Part shown: positions 41,288-52,702 of the stretch, one piece after another | Position numbering within the stretch: the stretch's first letter is position 1 | Layout of the letters: every line of letters begins with the position of its first letter | NCBI GenBank assembly: GCA_963848135.1 | Contig: CAWKCK010000017.1 | Span: 310,001 to 374,000 of the forward strand | Origin: an uncultured delta proteobacterium | Lineage (GTDB): Bacteria > Desulfobacterota > Desulfobacteria > Desulfobacterales > SG8-13 | Direction: 5' to 3' | Length of the DNA: 64,000 nucleotides | Translations under genes and position numbers: made by a program | Notes under the pieces: generated by a model | The model's database searches: none | Seen by the model: the letters and a program-made list of their open reading frames with translations, nothing else | What the model was told of the DNA's origin: nothing

Positions 41288-42442
41288 TCAAATTTTACCT
41301 GGGAAAGGGTCTTCGATTATTTCTTCTTCATTTTCGGGAATATTGTAAAATCTTTCGCTTGGATAGATACAATGACCTTGAGACAACGTTTTATCCAATG
41401 TGGCCTCATCAAGTGGACCAACGATTGATTTTCCCTTCGGAAAATCAATGACGAGCAGAAAACCGCCGTTTTCAAGCACTATACCGGATCCTGCATGTTT
41501 CCGTGCACATAAGGAGCCATGAACTCTAACACGTTTTATAAAAGTTTTGTATCCTCCTTTTTTTAAGAGAAACGCCCCGAACCGTGCGATAGAATACGCT
41601 GTCCCAGATTTATATTTAAAAATCAACTTAGGGTCTCGGTAGTTTTCGATTCCATAAAAATATTCGGACATAATGTAATAGTGAATGAGTTCCGGAGAAT
41701 TTATTCTATCAACAACATCTTCAAAATCATCCCACCTATTTTTGTGTTTGCTTAACTCATTATTAAATGGTTCGAATGTATAGGTAAACGAATACGGATA
41801 CTGTTCCGCTAGTGAAATTATATAATCTGTAGCGCCATTATTTTTTTTATAAAACTCAATTATGTTTGAGCGAAGGTCATCATCGACACAACTATTGAAT
41901 AATTTCTTCGCTTCTTCCGTTCTCCATTTCCATCGATTCAGGTGTTGGGTGTGTTTCAGTATCCACGCCGCATGTAAAAGATCTTTAAGTGTGTAATCTA
42001 AAACAATCGCTTTTGCTTCATCTATATCCTCGTCCAAAAACAACCAGAATAGTGCCTGCAAAGGAGCGTTAAAACGCCTAACATGAGGAAGGCCGATTTG
42101 ATTCATTTGATTAAATGTATAATTAAATTTTTGGGGATAACCGTCTAAAATCCCAATCAATTCTTCAAGTGCCCGTATTTCTTGGTTTGTTATTTTGTCT
42201 TGAAATTCAGGTAGTTTGCCCAACTCATATGCAAGTGTCGCATTATCAGAGGTTAGTAAAAACAGTAATTCTTTCAACCTTATAAAATTGGCATCACTTT
42301 TTATCTTTTTATTTGTAGAGTATTCTCTATCAATAATACTGATGTTGGGTTTTGTCGCAGTCGAACAACCAGTGACTAAATTCACCAATGTACCGCAGCA
42401 ATAGAAAAAAATAAAAATTTTAACGAACCCTTTTCCCATCAT
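41288..42442 (-). CDS. AT-rich hypothetical lipoprotein
   Basis: 384-aa ORF, LVTGC lipobox; visibly AT-rich. Confidence 0.7.
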   Translation of the reverse strand: MMGKGFVKIFIFFYCCGTLVNLVTGCSTATKPNISIIDREYSTNKKIKSDANFIRLKELLFLLTSDNATLAYELGKLPEFQDKITNQEIRALEELIGILDGYPQKFNYTFNQMNQIGLPHVRRFNAPLQALFWLFLDEDIDEAKAIVLDYTLKDLLHAAWILKHTQHLNRWKWRTEEAKKLFNSCVDDDLRSNIIEFYKKNNGATDYIISLAEQYPYSFTYTFEPFNNELSKHKNRWDDFEDVVDRINSPELIHYYIMSEYFYGIENYRDPKLIFKYKSGTAYSIARFGAFLLKKGGYKTFIKRVRVHGSLCARKHAGSGIVLENGGFLLVIDFPKGKSIVGPLDEATLDKTLSQGHCIYPSERFYNIPENEEEIIEDPFPGKI

Positions 42443-42451
42443 CTGCCTGAA

Positions 42452-43228
42452 TCACAGCCTTTTATTATTCGTCCAAAATCCGTTTGGATCATATCTTCTT
42501 AGAAATTCAATCTCAGTTTCGGAAGGTATGGGTGTTTGTGATAAATTTTCCGATATTTTGAGCGGCCAGTTGGTGTTCCTTTCCACCATTTCAACTGTAA
42601 TTCCAGGATGGACGGCTTTTAAAACGATCTCTGAAGTATTTGTATCAAAACCCATTATCCCTAAAGTGGTGATGACCGTCGCCGGTCCGCCTCGCGGCAA
42701 ACCGACTTTTTCCCGCCAACCACGTCCGTCGCCGTAGCCGGGGGAGGTAAGGAAATCCACTCGATCGACGAAGCGCCGTTTTTCGTGGGCCATGACAATG
42801 ACATGCCGTTTGGCCAGACTTGCCAGGTCACAGGCCCCGCCACTGCCCGGTAACCGGATTTCCGGTCTCGAGAGCGAACCGATATAGCTGGTATTCAGAT
42901 TACCGTAACGATCCAGTTGGGCGCCTCCGATGAAACTGGCGTCCACGACCCCCTGCTGAAGCAACCCCATGACGTCAGCCGAGTCCGCGCACCATTGGGC
43001 ACGGTATAGGTTCGGCAGATCCCCCATCGTCAGTATTGGCAACGGCGCCAGCGTATCCCTGATTATTCCCAGCTCATATATGCCGATTGCGTTAGGGGCA
43101 TGGGTGCTTTTGGCCAACAGGAATCCCAGCAACGGCAATCGCATGCCGACAAAAACGATTTCACCATCGGTAATTTCTCTTGCGGCAGCCGTGACCATCA
43201 GTTGTGGGAGTGTATACGGCAGCGACAA
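42452..43228 (-). CDS. Family I CoA-transferase beta subunit (glutaconate CoA-transferase-like)
   Basis: VFVGMRLP, YELG, GGAQLDRYGNLN, LPGSGG. Confidence 0.9.
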   Translation of the reverse strand: MSLPYTLPQLMVTAAAREITDGEIVFVGMRLPLLGFLLAKSTHAPNAIGIYELGIIRDTLAPLPILTMGDLPNLYRAQWCADSADVMGLLQQGVVDASFIGGAQLDRYGNLNTSYIGSLSRPEIRLPGSGGACDLASLAKRHVIVMAHEKRRFVDRVDFLTSPGYGDGRGWREKVGLPRGGPATVITTLGIMGFDTNTSEIVLKAVHPGITVEMVERNTNWPLKISENLSQTPIPSETEIEFLRRYDPNGFWTNNKRL

Positions 43229-43375
43229 ATTCTTCCTTTCTTCTATTCTTAATTTCTTATGTTCTGCTTTCTCTTAAACAGTACCCCTGTCAATCAACGA
43301 TATGGCCCATCCGCGAAAAGTAGATGGACACTAGATAACGCCCCAACATTTATCTCAGAGAAACTGACCGCCGGT

Positions 43376-44287
43376 TCAATAACCGTAATCCGCGGGTTCG
43401 GAGTATAAATGCCGGGACAGCTGCAGTTCGGTCCGGCGTGATTCCCCAATGATCCTCAGATAGTCACCCGGAGACTGCACAGCATCGATCCACTGCTTCC
43501 GCCATCTTGAATAGTCATCGGGAGTATGACTGGCGTCACGATAATCCAAAAACACCTGATGATCGCGGTTATAATACCCCGGCGCCGGTGACGGATGAGC
43601 GCCCCAAGGCGCGTGGACAATTGCCACCACCTTTAATCCCGGGGTCACTACCCTGTTTGGATCGCTACTGATAACTTCCGGCTCAACGATATCCTCGGCT
43701 GTGATTATCACTGAACGGCTGGCCAGGCAGGCCTCGCGCGTTATGCCCATGTTTCCCCAAACATGTGCGTTTCCAAACGCATCGGCCCGCTGGGCATGGA
43801 TAATGGTCACATCAGGGCAAATGGCCCGAACGACCGTCAGTTTGCGTCCGGTGAAAGGGCATGACAGTGTCTTCAGGGCAGTGTTGGTCCGATAAAGATC
43901 GCTGCCGAGTGCTGTCAGGGTCGGCATGAAAGGAACGCCCATCTTCCCTGCGGTCAGTGCGGCTGTCAAGGTCAAGATCGAGTGATCCTCGATGGCGATG
44001 ACCCCAGACTCAACCGCCCGGCGGAAGTTGTATCCCGAACCGGTGATGACGTTTCCGACCCAGGCCGCCCGCACTCTGCTGACACAACCGGCGCCGATCA
44101 TCTGATCAAAAAGAATATCCGATATCGGCCCGATGAGGGTTAAGTCGCGTTTACCCTGACGAATGATCTCGTGACCGGCAGCAAAAGGGATGAGCGTTTC
44201 CTGGGCCGTTCCGAGTGCAACAGCGCTGGCATCGGGAACGAATTTGGTAACGGCCTCCTGCAGGCTGATTAATTTGGATTCTGGCAT
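43376..44287 (-). CDS. Family I CoA-transferase alpha subunit (glutaconate CoA-transferase-like)
   Basis: HEIIRQG, GVPFMP, HAQRADAFGN, GAHPS. Confidence 0.9.
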   Translation of the reverse strand: MPESKLISLQEAVTKFVPDASAVALGTAQETLIPFAAGHEIIRQGKRDLTLIGPISDILFDQMIGAGCVSRVRAAWVGNVITGSGYNFRRAVESGVIAIEDHSILTLTAALTAGKMGVPFMPTLTALGSDLYRTNTALKTLSCPFTGRKLTVVRAICPDVTIIHAQRADAFGNAHVWGNMGITREACLASRSVIITAEDIVEPEVISSDPNRVVTPGLKVVAIVHAPWGAHPSPAPGYYNRDHQVFLDYRDASHTPDDYSRWRKQWIDAVQSPGDYLRIIGESRRTELQLSRHLYSEPADYGY

Positions 44288-44305
44288 GTTCGCATGAAAT
44301 TTATT

Positions 44306-44451
44306 TAGTGTCCGTCCAGAAATGATAGATTTCGGCCCCGACCAAGGTCGCAGCTATTTTGCAATCGTAGGCGTAGCAGCGCTACATCGAGGATTGCAAA
44401 GAGCGAGAACAACGGTCTGGGACGAAAGATGCCGTTTCTGGACGGACACTA
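44306..44451. mobile_element. 146-bp MITE-like element
   Basis: Perfect 17-bp terminal inverted repeats tagtgtccgtccagaaa / tttctggacggacacta, TA at both ends, inner IR tttgcaatc / gattgcaaa. Confidence 0.75.
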
Positions 44452-44620
44452 TTTTGCAGTGAGGTACTGATACCGATTCCATGAATGAATTTGCCGCCGA
44501 TGTCAAGCGCTCTGGTTGCAATCGATATTCACCAAACTGTGGCCGGTTTACCTGGAGCCACCCCTGTGATATGATCTTGCCCTCAAATCCACACCATCAA
44601 AATAGGGTTGTTAGAACGCT

Positions 44621-45586
44621 ATGACACCGTCGGAAGAAGCATTGATCAGAGGCCTTAACAGTGGCCTGTCACAGGAAATCACCGTTCGAATGCGATTGAC
44701 TGACGATCCCCGCAGCATCCGCATCATCGAATTCTGCAAAGATCTCGCCCGCCTCGTCCCCAAATTAAAAACCCGCCGCGAAGATGATTCGGCGGAAGGG
44801 CTCCCAGCGATCAGTATCGGGCCTCGAATTGACTATTGCGGTGTACCTTCCGGGAATGAAATAGCGCCATTTATCTATGCACTGACTGCTCTGGACAAGG
44901 GAACCGACAGCATTCCGCCAGACATTGTGCATCGGCTGCAAAATATCCACCCAGCATCAATGGTTACAATCTTCATCGCACCGTCCTGCCGGTTTTGTCC
45001 TGAGGCGCTGCACCAGATCATACCCCTGCCCATCGAAACTAAAGGGGTGCGTCTGACGATTATCGATACGACCCTTTTCAGTGATGTGGCCGAAATAAAT
45101 AATGTGCACTCGGTTCCGACCGTCATTGTTGACGGTCAATACCGCTGGACAGGAGGGGTTAGACTGTCGGAATTGTGCACAGCCATTGAAAATAGAGATC
45201 CGAGCAAACTCGACAGGGTCGCCCTTCAGCGACTGATAACAGAGGGTGGCGCATACGACCTGGCGCGAATGATGTTGAACAGCGGGATTTTATATCCAGC
45301 GTTTATCGATTTGCTGGTTGACGAAAATTTTACCGTGCGACTCGCAGCCATGGTGACCCTTGAGGAAATGGCAGCTGTAAATATCGCTGCCGCCCGGGCG
45401 GTCATCGACCCTCTCTGGAAGCGTTATCACAAATCAAACGATTCGGTAAAGGGCGATATTATGTACATCTTCGGAGAATTGAAGTCGCCAACGACTCTGG
45501 CCTATCTCCAATCGGCATTAAGCACCGAAACCAATCCCGAAATTAAAGCGGCCGCCCGGGAAGCCCTTGATATAATCGAGAAATAA
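44621..45586 (+). CDS. Thioredoxin-fold (AhpF N-terminal-like) protein with HEAT-like C-terminus
   Basis: YCGVPSGNE, CRFCP, SVPT; VRLAA and IKAAAREAL repeats. Confidence 0.75.
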   Translation: MTPSEEALIRGLNSGLSQEITVRMRLTDDPRSIRIIEFCKDLARLVPKLKTRREDDSAEGLPAISIGPRIDYCGVPSGNEIAPFIYALTALDKGTDSIPPDIVHRLQNIHPASMVTIFIAPSCRFCPEALHQIIPLPIETKGVRLTIIDTTLFSDVAEINNVHSVPTVIVDGQYRWTGGVRLSELCTAIENRDPSKLDRVALQRLITEGGAYDLARMMLNSGILYPAFIDLLVDENFTVRLAAMVTLEEMAAVNIAAARAVIDPLWKRYHKSNDSVKGDIMYIFGELKSPTTLAYLQSALSTETNPEIKAAAREALDIIEK

Positions 45587-46641
45587 TGACTGAAATGACT
45601 GATCTGAATAAGATACTGAATATCCTGCGACACAACGAGGAGATTGCACACCGTTTTTTCGAGATCGAAAAGCGGATTCTCAGGGTCTTGAATTTCACGG
45701 ATTTATTCGAAGTCCTATTGGCTGAAATCCGAAGACAATTCAAAGTGCCCTATGCCTGGTTAACACTAATTGATAACAGTGAAATCGAACAATTTATCCA
45801 AACATTAGAAATTTCGGATCAACTCAGGGCGCAGTTGAACATCGTTAACAGAAGTGCCTTTGAAGATCTGGTGGGAACGAGCATGACGCCACTTTTGGTC
45901 AACCAGGGCCTAAAGACTTACTCCCGCTTACTGCCTCGGGATCAAAAGTATGCCGTTAAATCGATTGCAATCGCTCCGATTTCGCTGGACGGGAAAATCA
46001 TCGGCAGTTTGAACCAGGCCGACATCTCTCAACGACGATTTCAACCAGGGATAGATACCAGCCTTCTCGAACAACTGGCAGTGAAGGTGTCCCTTTGTCT
46101 TTCCAACGTCACTGCCCACGAAAAATTACGGTTCCTGGCCTACCATGACCCCCTGACAGGACTTCTCAACCGCCGGGTCATGGAATCCGTCTTGATTAGG
46201 GAGTTTGACCGTTACCGGAGATATTCCGACAACCTATCGCTGGTGTTTCTGGACCTCGATCACTTCAAGCACGTCAATGATGTTTATGGGCACGATCGCG
46301 GCGATGAACTCCTCGTCTATGTTGCCCGGGGTCTACTACAGATGAGCCGCACGACTGATGTCGTATCCCGCTATGCCGGAGATGAATTCGTCATAATTTT
46401 GCCCCAGACCACAAAAGACAGTGCCTCCCAACTAATGCGGCGGGTTTGTGATGACTTTTCACAACATCCATTGAAATTAAAGAAAGGGCTGCCCATCCCG
46501 GTGTCAATAAGCTTCGGTATTGCCGCAGCCGACGACGACGGCGTGGCTGATCCGGCCTCATTGGTGAAAAAAGCCGACGAAAAACTTTATGAGGCAAAGA
46601 AGTCAAACCGGAAACCGCCACCGCTGCCGGGTTCTATGTAA
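45586..46641 (+). CDS. GAF/DUF484-like diguanylate cyclase
   Basis: HDPLTGLLNRR, DLDHFKHVND.YGH, RYAGDEF. Confidence 0.9.
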   Translation: MTEMTDLNKILNILRHNEEIAHRFFEIEKRILRVLNFTDLFEVLLAEIRRQFKVPYAWLTLIDNSEIEQFIQTLEISDQLRAQLNIVNRSAFEDLVGTSMTPLLVNQGLKTYSRLLPRDQKYAVKSIAIAPISLDGKIIGSLNQADISQRRFQPGIDTSLLEQLAVKVSLCLSNVTAHEKLRFLAYHDPLTGLLNRRVMESVLIREFDRYRRYSDNLSLVFLDLDHFKHVNDVYGHDRGDELLVYVARGLLQMSRTTDVVSRYAGDEFVIILPQTTKDSASQLMRRVCDDFSQHPLKLKKGLPIPVSISFGIAAADDDGVADPASLVKKADEKLYEAKKSNRKPPPLPGSM

Positions 46642-46850
46642 CATATATGAAAAACTAATTTGAGTTTTCCGGTAGATTCAGAGCAAAGATTGACGATATT
46701 TGGCGCCTGCTTTGTCTTTTGAGACGCCTCGTAGTGCAAATACGCTTATACTGGTTGTAGAAAAAAAGCTCTGTTATGCGAACTTTTCTTCTACAATAAC
46801 GAATACCATCCTCCCGTATATCGGTATCAATTTTGAAAAGCGCTACAACA

Positions 46851-46884
46851 GAAAAGCCCCGCCTTAGCAAAGGCAGGGCTTTCG
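46851..46884 (-). terminator. Rho-independent terminator of the alpha operon
   Basis: aaagccc-gcct / aggc-gggcttt stem with U-tract downstream of rplQ. Confidence 0.7.
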
Positions 46885-46924
46885 TATGCCAGAAACTATG
46901 GATGCACACCCCGGCGGTGGTGGC

Positions 46925-47545
46925 CTATTTGCTTTTCTCTGGGGACATATCCTCTTCCGGGACAGTGGGTGTATCTTTCAATTCTTCGGATTTTTTTTGA
47001 TCCGTCATTTTTTCTCCGGCTGCAGATTCGCGCGTAACTTCAGCGGCAGCCTGGTCTTTGCTCTCTTCCGCAGATTTAGCAGTTATCTCTTTCGCAGTCG
47101 CGGCTTTGCTTTTCGATGCCTTTTCTTCGGGCGCTGTAGTTGTTTCTTTCTTCTTGGCAGGCTTTTTCTTGGGTTTCCCAGCAATCGTTTCGGGGCTCAC
47201 GAGTTCAACAATCGAGACTCGGGCGGCGTCTCCCGCTCGCCGGCCTATTTTTATCACCCGTGTATAACCACCCGAAGTCTTGCCGAAACGGTTCTGCGCA
47301 TCTTCAAACAACTTGTGAACGATATCCTTCTCCCTGACGATGGCCAACGCCTGCCGTCTGGCGTGGAGATCGCCACGCTTTGCCAATGTAATCAGTCGAT
47401 CCGCCCAGCGTCGCAGCTCTTTTGCCTTTGCATCGGTTGTTTTAATCCGCTGATGCTTGAACAAAGAAGTAACCATGTTCCTGAACATGGCATCCCTGTG
47501 GCTCGCGGTACGATTTAACTTCAATCCAGTTTTCCGGTGTCTCAT
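46925..47545 (-). CDS. rplQ: 50S ribosomal protein L17 with long C-terminal extension
   Basis: [21 protein letters not shown]. Confidence 0.97.
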   Translation of the reverse strand: MRHRKTGLKLNRTASHRDAMFRNMVTSLFKHQRIKTTDAKAKELRRWADRLITLAKRGDLHARRQALAIVREKDIVHKLFEDAQNRFGKTSGGYTRVIKIGRRAGDAARVSIVELVSPETIAGKPKKKPAKKKETTTAPEEKASKSKAATAKEITAKSAEESKDQAAAEVTRESAAGEKMTDQKKSEELKDTPTVPEEDMSPEKSK

Positions 47546-47554
47546 TGGAAACGT

Positions 47555-48577
47555 TTACTCCTCTTCTTCTTCAGTTACTTCTTCGGGGGGTTGGAAACCA
47601 TCCAGTTTCATTCCGAGTGAAAGCCCCATATCGCCGAGGACTTCCTTAATTTCATTCAGCGATTTCCGGCCGAAGTTTTTAGTCTTCAACATTTCGGCTT
47701 CGGTCTTCGATACCAGCTGGAAAATTTTGTGGATATCGGCATTTTTCAGACAATTCGCGCTGCGTACGGAAAGTTCCAGTTCATCGACAGTGCGGTACAG
47801 ATTATCATTCCAGGCCGGTTTGTCGTCGTCATCGCTTTCTGCCTCGGGGTCAGGCTCCAAATCTTCGTCAAAGTTGATAAAAATCGACATTTGATCTTTC
47901 ATTATTTTGGCTGCGTAAGCGACGCAGTCTTCCGGCTGGACGCTTCCGTCCGTCCAGACTTCGAGTGTCAATTTGTCGTAGTCCGTTCTCTGGCCGACAC
48001 GGGCGTTACCGACAACGTAGTTGACCCGCTTGACCGGAGAAAAAACCGCATCGATTGGTATTGTACCCACGGGTGCATCTTCGTCTTTATTGCTCTCGGC
48101 CAAACTGTAACCCTTACCCACCTTGACGGACATTTCCATCCTCAGTTTGCCCTTATCCGCAATGGTGGCAATGTGGTGATTCGGATTCAGGACCTCACAC
48201 TTGCCGTCATCACTGATAATATCGCCAGCGGTTACGGTACCCTCAACATCGGATTCGATTCTGATGGCGTGGGCTCCGACACCGTCAACCTTGAGCCGAA
48301 CCTCTTTCAGGTTGAGTATGATTTCGGATACATCTTCCAGCACTCCAGGAACAACGCTGAATTCGTGCATAACACCGTCAAATTTCACTGACGTTATCGC
48401 TGCGCCGTGAAGCGAAGATAAGATGACACGTCTGAGTGCGTTTCCGATCGTAATGCCGAAGCCCCTCTCAAGCGGCTCACACACGAACTTGCCATACGAA
48501 GGTTTGCTGGTTACCTGAACCTTTTCCGGCTTGATCATATCGCGCCAGTTGACGTACATGAGTTCATTTGGTGACAT
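47555..48577 (-). CDS. rpoA: RNA polymerase alpha subunit
   Basis: [35 protein letters not shown]. Confidence 0.98.
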   Translation of the reverse strand: MSPNELMYVNWRDMIKPEKVQVTSKPSYGKFVCEPLERGFGITIGNALRRVILSSLHGAAITSVKFDGVMHEFSVVPGVLEDVSEIILNLKEVRLKVDGVGAHAIRIESDVEGTVTAGDIISDDGKCEVLNPNHHIATIADKGKLRMEMSVKVGKGYSLAESNKDEDAPVGTIPIDAVFSPVKRVNYVVGNARVGQRTDYDKLTLEVWTDGSVQPEDCVAYAAKIMKDQMSIFINFDEDLEPDPEAESDDDDKPAWNDNLYRTVDELELSVRSANCLKNADIHKIFQLVSKTEAEMLKTKNFGRKSLNEIKEVLGDMGLSLGMKLDGFQPPEEVTEEEEE

Positions 48578-48714
48578 ATTTACTTCTCCAGCCTTATTTG
48601 GGGTTTGGATCAACGAGGTGACCTTTAGAACACCAAGTCTTACGTTATCCTTCGCAGATATACTCCAAATACCGTAACGATCAGCCTCCGGCTATTGTCT
48701 GCGTTCAGACTCTG

Positions 48715-49344
48715 TTATTTGGAATAAAGTTCGACGATGAGCTGTTCCTGAATCGGCATCGTGAGGTCCTCACGTACCGGCAGATTCTTGATAACGCCTT
48801 TCATGTCTTCCTTTTCCAATTCCAGCCACTGGGGTATGCCTCTGCGGACAACGGCATCCAACGAATCGGTGATGGCTTGAACTTTGCGGCTTTTCTCGCG
48901 GACCTCAATAGCGTCACCAATGGAAACAAGGTATGAAGGAATATTCACCTTTTTGCCGTTGACGACAAAATGGTTGTGTCTGACGAAATGGCGACCTTGG
49001 GAGCGGGAATTGACGAATCCGAGCCGGTAAACCACATTGTCGAGCCTACGTTCTAGGCCGACCAGAAGGTTGGTACCTGTCACGCCTTTCTTTTGATCCG
49101 CCCGTTTGAAAAACAGTTTGAACTGTTTTTCAGAAAGGCCATACATTCTTTTGACTTTCTGCTTCTCTCTGAGTTGGATGCCAAAATCGGAAATTTTTCG
49201 CCCGCGGCGCTGGCCGTGTTCACCTGGAGGGTAGCTACGCCGATCGAAGGCGCACTTATCTGAAAAACACCGATCTCCCTTCAGGTAGAGTTTTAAATTT
49301 TCGCGCCGGCATATCCGGCATACAGAACCTGTGTAGCGTGCCAA
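48715..49344 (-). CDS. rpsD: 30S ribosomal protein S4
   Basis: MARYTG, QLREKQK, IVELYSK. Confidence 0.98.
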   Translation of the reverse strand: MARYTGSVCRICRRENLKLYLKGDRCFSDKCAFDRRSYPPGEHGQRRGRKISDFGIQLREKQKVKRMYGLSEKQFKLFFKRADQKKGVTGTNLLVGLERRLDNVVYRLGFVNSRSQGRHFVRHNHFVVNGKKVNIPSYLVSIGDAIEVREKSRKVQAITDSLDAVVRRGIPQWLELEKEDMKGVIKNLPVREDLTMPIQEQLIVELYSK

Positions 49345-49458
49345 GATGTGTCCTCCTATTAATTGCCAATCGGCTTGGATGAGGTGTGGAACAGTCCCGC
49401 GAATTGCCGTAGCCAGTTCCTGCCGATTAGCGGATATACACTTTTACGAACCAAACGA

Positions 49459-49845
49459 TCAAACCCTGCGTCTTTTCGGTGGTCGGCAACCGTTGTGCGG
49501 GATGGGGGTAACGTCTTTAATGATGAGGACATTGAACCCGGTTGCCTGCAACGATCGCAGCGCCGACTCGCGGCCGGGGCCAGGCCCTTTGACGTAGACT
49601 TCCACATTTTTCATACCGTGTTCCATCGCTTTTTTAGCAGCGTCCGAGGCGGCTAACTGGGCCGCAAAGGGCGTCGACTTTCGCGATCCTTTAAAGCCTT
49701 GGGCTCCTGAGCTGGACCAAGCAACCACATTGCCGCCCGGATCGGTAATGGTGATGATAGTATTGTTGAAGGTTGATTGAATGTGGACGACACCATTCTG
49801 TATGTTCTTCTTTTCTTTCTTCTTCGTACGGGTTCTTTTTGCCAT
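49459..49845 (-). CDS. rpsK: 30S ribosomal protein S11
   Basis: [24 protein letters not shown]. Confidence 0.98.
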   Translation of the reverse strand: MAKRTRTKKKEKKNIQNGVVHIQSTFNNTIITITDPGGNVVAWSSSGAQGFKGSRKSTPFAAQLAASDAAKKAMEHGMKNVEVYVKGPGPGRESALRSLQATGFNVLIIKDVTPIPHNGCRPPKRRRV

Positions 49846-49871
49846 GAAACAAGCCTCGCCTGTCTAATAGA

Positions 49872-50255
49872 TTATTTTTTCTTTGCAGCACCCTTTTTCT
49901 TGACTGCAGCGCGTTTGGGTCCTTTCCGGGTTCGGGCGTTGGTACTTGTCCGTTGACCCCGGACCGGTAATCCTTTGCGATGTCGCAACCCACGATAGCT
50001 TCCCAGATCCATAAGCCGTTTGATGTTCATGGCGACTTCCGACCTGAGTTCACCTTCAACCTTGTACTCTCCGTCGATGATTTTGCGGATATCGTTGACT
50101 TGAGACTCGGTCAAATCATCGGTATTCGTATGGGGATCAATATTAAGCTTTGACAAAATTTCAAAGGAAGTACTTCGCCCGATACCGTAAATGTAGGTTA
50201 AAGCGATTTCCACACTTTTCTGCCTTGGTAAATCGACTCCAGCAATTCTAGCCAA
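49872..50255 (-). CDS. rpsM: 30S ribosomal protein S13
   Basis: [18 protein letters not shown]. Confidence 0.98.
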   Translation of the reverse strand: MARIAGVDLPRQKSVEIALTYIYGIGRSTSFEILSKLNIDPHTNTDDLTESQVNDIRKIIDGEYKVEGELRSEVAMNIKRLMDLGSYRGLRHRKGLPVRGQRTSTNARTRKGPKRAAVKKKGAAKKK

Positions 50256-50267
50256 TTCCTGCCTCCT

Positions 50268-50381
50268 CTAACCTTGCCGTTGTTTATGCCGCTTGTTTAC
50301 GCAAATAACTCTGACGACCCCTTTTCTTTTGACGACCTTGCATTTGGGGCAAATCCTTTTCACCGATGCTCTGACTTTCAT
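50268..50381 (-). CDS. rpmJ: 50S ribosomal protein L36 (below ORF-track cutoff)
   Basis: Manual translation [37 protein letters not shown]. Confidence 0.97.
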   Translation of the reverse strand: MKVRASVKRICPKCKVVKRKGVVRVICVNKRHKQRQG

Positions 50382-50492
50382 TGAAAAACTCCTTATTCGG
50401 CACAGGCCGCGGAAAATTGGCTATCGAGCGCTTGGATCCTTTTTAGAATTTTCCTGTATTAACCAATCAAAGGTGATCCACGACCTGATCGG

Positions 50493-50711
50493 CTATTTCG
50501 ACCGATATGTAATTCTACCCCGACTCAGGTCATAGGGTGACAATTCTACCGTGACCTTGTCACCCGGAAGAATTTTGATGAAATGCATTCTCATCTTACC
50601 AGAAATATGCGCAAGAACCTGGTGCTTGTTGTCGAGTTCTACCTTGAACATTGCGTTGGGCAATGTCTCCAGAACTGTTCCTTCAACTTTTATGGCTTCT
50701 TCTTTCGCCAT
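50493..50711 (-). CDS. infA: Translation initiation factor IF-1
   Basis: [25 protein letters not shown]. Confidence 0.98.
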   Translation of the reverse strand: MAKEEAIKVEGTVLETLPNAMFKVELDNKHQVLAHISGKMRMHFIKILPGDKVTVELSPYDLSRGRITYRSK

Positions 50712-50963
50712 CGAGCCTCCCTGAGTGTTGCGTCATTGGCAACCCAGCGTTTATTAGAAGGCATCTCAAAAAGGTCTTTTCGCCCGATCTGCCAGAGGCG
50801 GACAAGTATCGGCGTTGAGCCCTTGTCTCATTCCTCGATATACGTGAGTATGCCCTCGGGTTGTGACCCACATGCCGTGTTGGATCAGATGGGAAATCCC
50901 GCACAGCGGGGATCTTCAGTCTCGCCTTGATCTCGACCGAAAGTCCAAGTTTTGAGATAACGT

Positions 50964-52259
50964 CTAGCGTCCTTTGACCTTGCCACCTGATTTTTTCAAG
51001 AATCCCTCGTAATGTCGGCTGAGCATATGTGATTCCATCTGCGCTACCGTATCGATAGCAACCCCGACGACGATCAACAGCGCCGTTCCGCCGAAATAGA
51101 AAGGAACGTTAAAACGTGTAATGAGAACAGACGGCAAGACGCAAACGATCGAAACATAAAGGGCGCCGCCAAGTGTTATCCGGGTAAGAACCCGGTCAAT
51201 GTAGTCGGCGGTTCTTTTCCCCGGTCGTATTCCGGGAATGTAACCGCCCTGCTTTTTCATATTATCGGCGACATCAACAGGGTTAAACGTAACGGCCGTA
51301 TAAAAATAGCAGAAAAAGAATATCATACCCACAAACAGAAATTCATAAACGGGGTTACCGGGTGTCAGCGCCGAAACGATGTTCTGAATCCACGGTATGG
51401 TAATGAAACTGGTAATCGTCGCCGGAAACATCATAATCGATGAAGCAAAAATCGGTGGAATAACTCCCGACATATTGATTTTCAACGGCAAATGAGTGCT
51501 CTGTCCACCGTACATCCGCCTTCCCACCACCCGCTTGGCATATTGCACCGGGATTCGCCGTTGCCCTTGTTCGACAAAAATAATGGCGGCGACGACGGCG
51601 ACCATCAGTACGACAAGGATGATAATCGGGAATATATTCATTGCGCCTGTTGAAACGAGTTGAAAGGTATTTCCTATCGCGGTTGGCACTCCGGCAACAA
51701 TACCGGCAAATATGATGAGAGAAATACCGTTTCCAATCCCTCTTTCTGTAATCTGTTCCCCAAGCCACATGATGAATGCGGTGCCAGCTGTCAGGGTGAG
51801 GACAGCCATGAAACGGAATCCCCAACCAGGGTCGACGACAGCTCCCATTCTTTCAAGGCCGACACTGATACCGAACCCCTGAATGATGCTGAGAATAACC
51901 GTCCCGTAGCGGGTGTACTGTGTGATTTTCTTACGCCCCTGCTCGCCTTCCTTTTTCAGTTGCTCCAAATGAGGAATGACAACCGTCATCAGCTGAAGGA
52001 TAATCGACGCGCTGATATAGGGCATGATACCCAGGGCAAACACCGACAACCTTTCAAGGGCACCACCGGAAAACATGTTGAATATTCCAAGGATCGTTCC
52101 CTTGGCACGATCGAAAATTTCCGCCAGGGCGACGGCGTCGATCCCCGGTACCGGGACATGCACTCCAATTCGGTAGACCACCAGAAGCGCAAGAGTATAT
52201 AAAATTCTACGCTTTAGCTCGGGAATTTTGAATATGTTGCCGAACCCTTTGCTGATCAT
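50964..52259 (-). CDS. secY: Preprotein translocase SecY
   Basis: [29 protein letters not shown]. Confidence 0.98.
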   Translation of the reverse strand: MISKGFGNIFKIPELKRRILYTLALLVVYRIGVHVPVPGIDAVALAEIFDRAKGTILGIFNMFSGGALERLSVFALGIMPYISASIILQLMTVVIPHLEQLKKEGEQGRKKITQYTRYGTVILSIIQGFGISVGLERMGAVVDPGWGFRFMAVLTLTAGTAFIMWLGEQITERGIGNGISLIIFAGIVAGVPTAIGNTFQLVSTGAMNIFPIIILVVLMVAVVAAIIFVEQGQRRIPVQYAKRVVGRRMYGGQSTHLPLKINMSGVIPPIFASSIMMFPATITSFITIPWIQNIVSALTPGNPVYEFLFVGMIFFFCYFYTAVTFNPVDVADNMKKQGGYIPGIRPGKRTADYIDRVLTRITLGGALYVSIVCVLPSVLITRFNVPFYFGGTALLIVVGVAIDTVAQMESHMLSRHYEGFLKKSGGKVKGR

Positions 52260-52261
52260 AA

Positions 52262-52702
52262 TTACAGAACCTCTACAGTACCGCCTGCTGATTCAATTTT
52301 ACCCCGGGCACTCCGGCTGATCATATGGATTTTAACTGTCAGAGGCATGTTGATTTCACCCCGTCCGAGGAGTTTTACACCGTCACGTTTTCCTTTGACC
52401 AGCCCGGCACGAACCAAGGCGGTTTCGTCGACAACACTGCCGCTTTCAAACTTAGTCAAATCCTGAATATTGACAATAGCGTATATTTTTTTGAAAATAT
52501 TCTTAAATCCGCGTTTCGGCAACCGCCGGTGTATCGGCATTTGACCGCCTTCATAACCCGGCCGGACACCGCCACCAGAGCGGCTGTTTTGGCCTTTCGA
52601 ACCCCTACCGGCGGTTTTGCCCCAGCCAGATCCGACGCCCCGCCCAACGCGCTTGCGACCCTTACGTGCACCGGGGGCTGGTGCCAAATCATTAAGCCTC
52701 AT
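52262..52702 (-). CDS. rplO: 50S ribosomal protein L15
   Basis: RVGRG, EGGQMP, RLPKRGF. Confidence 0.98.
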   Translation of the reverse strand: MRLNDLAPAPGARKGRKRVGRGVGSGWGKTAGRGSKGQNSRSGGGVRPGYEGGQMPIHRRLPKRGFKNIFKKIYAIVNIQDLTKFESGSVVDETALVRAGLVKGKRDGVKLLGRGEINMPLTVKIHMISRSARGKIESAGGTVEVL

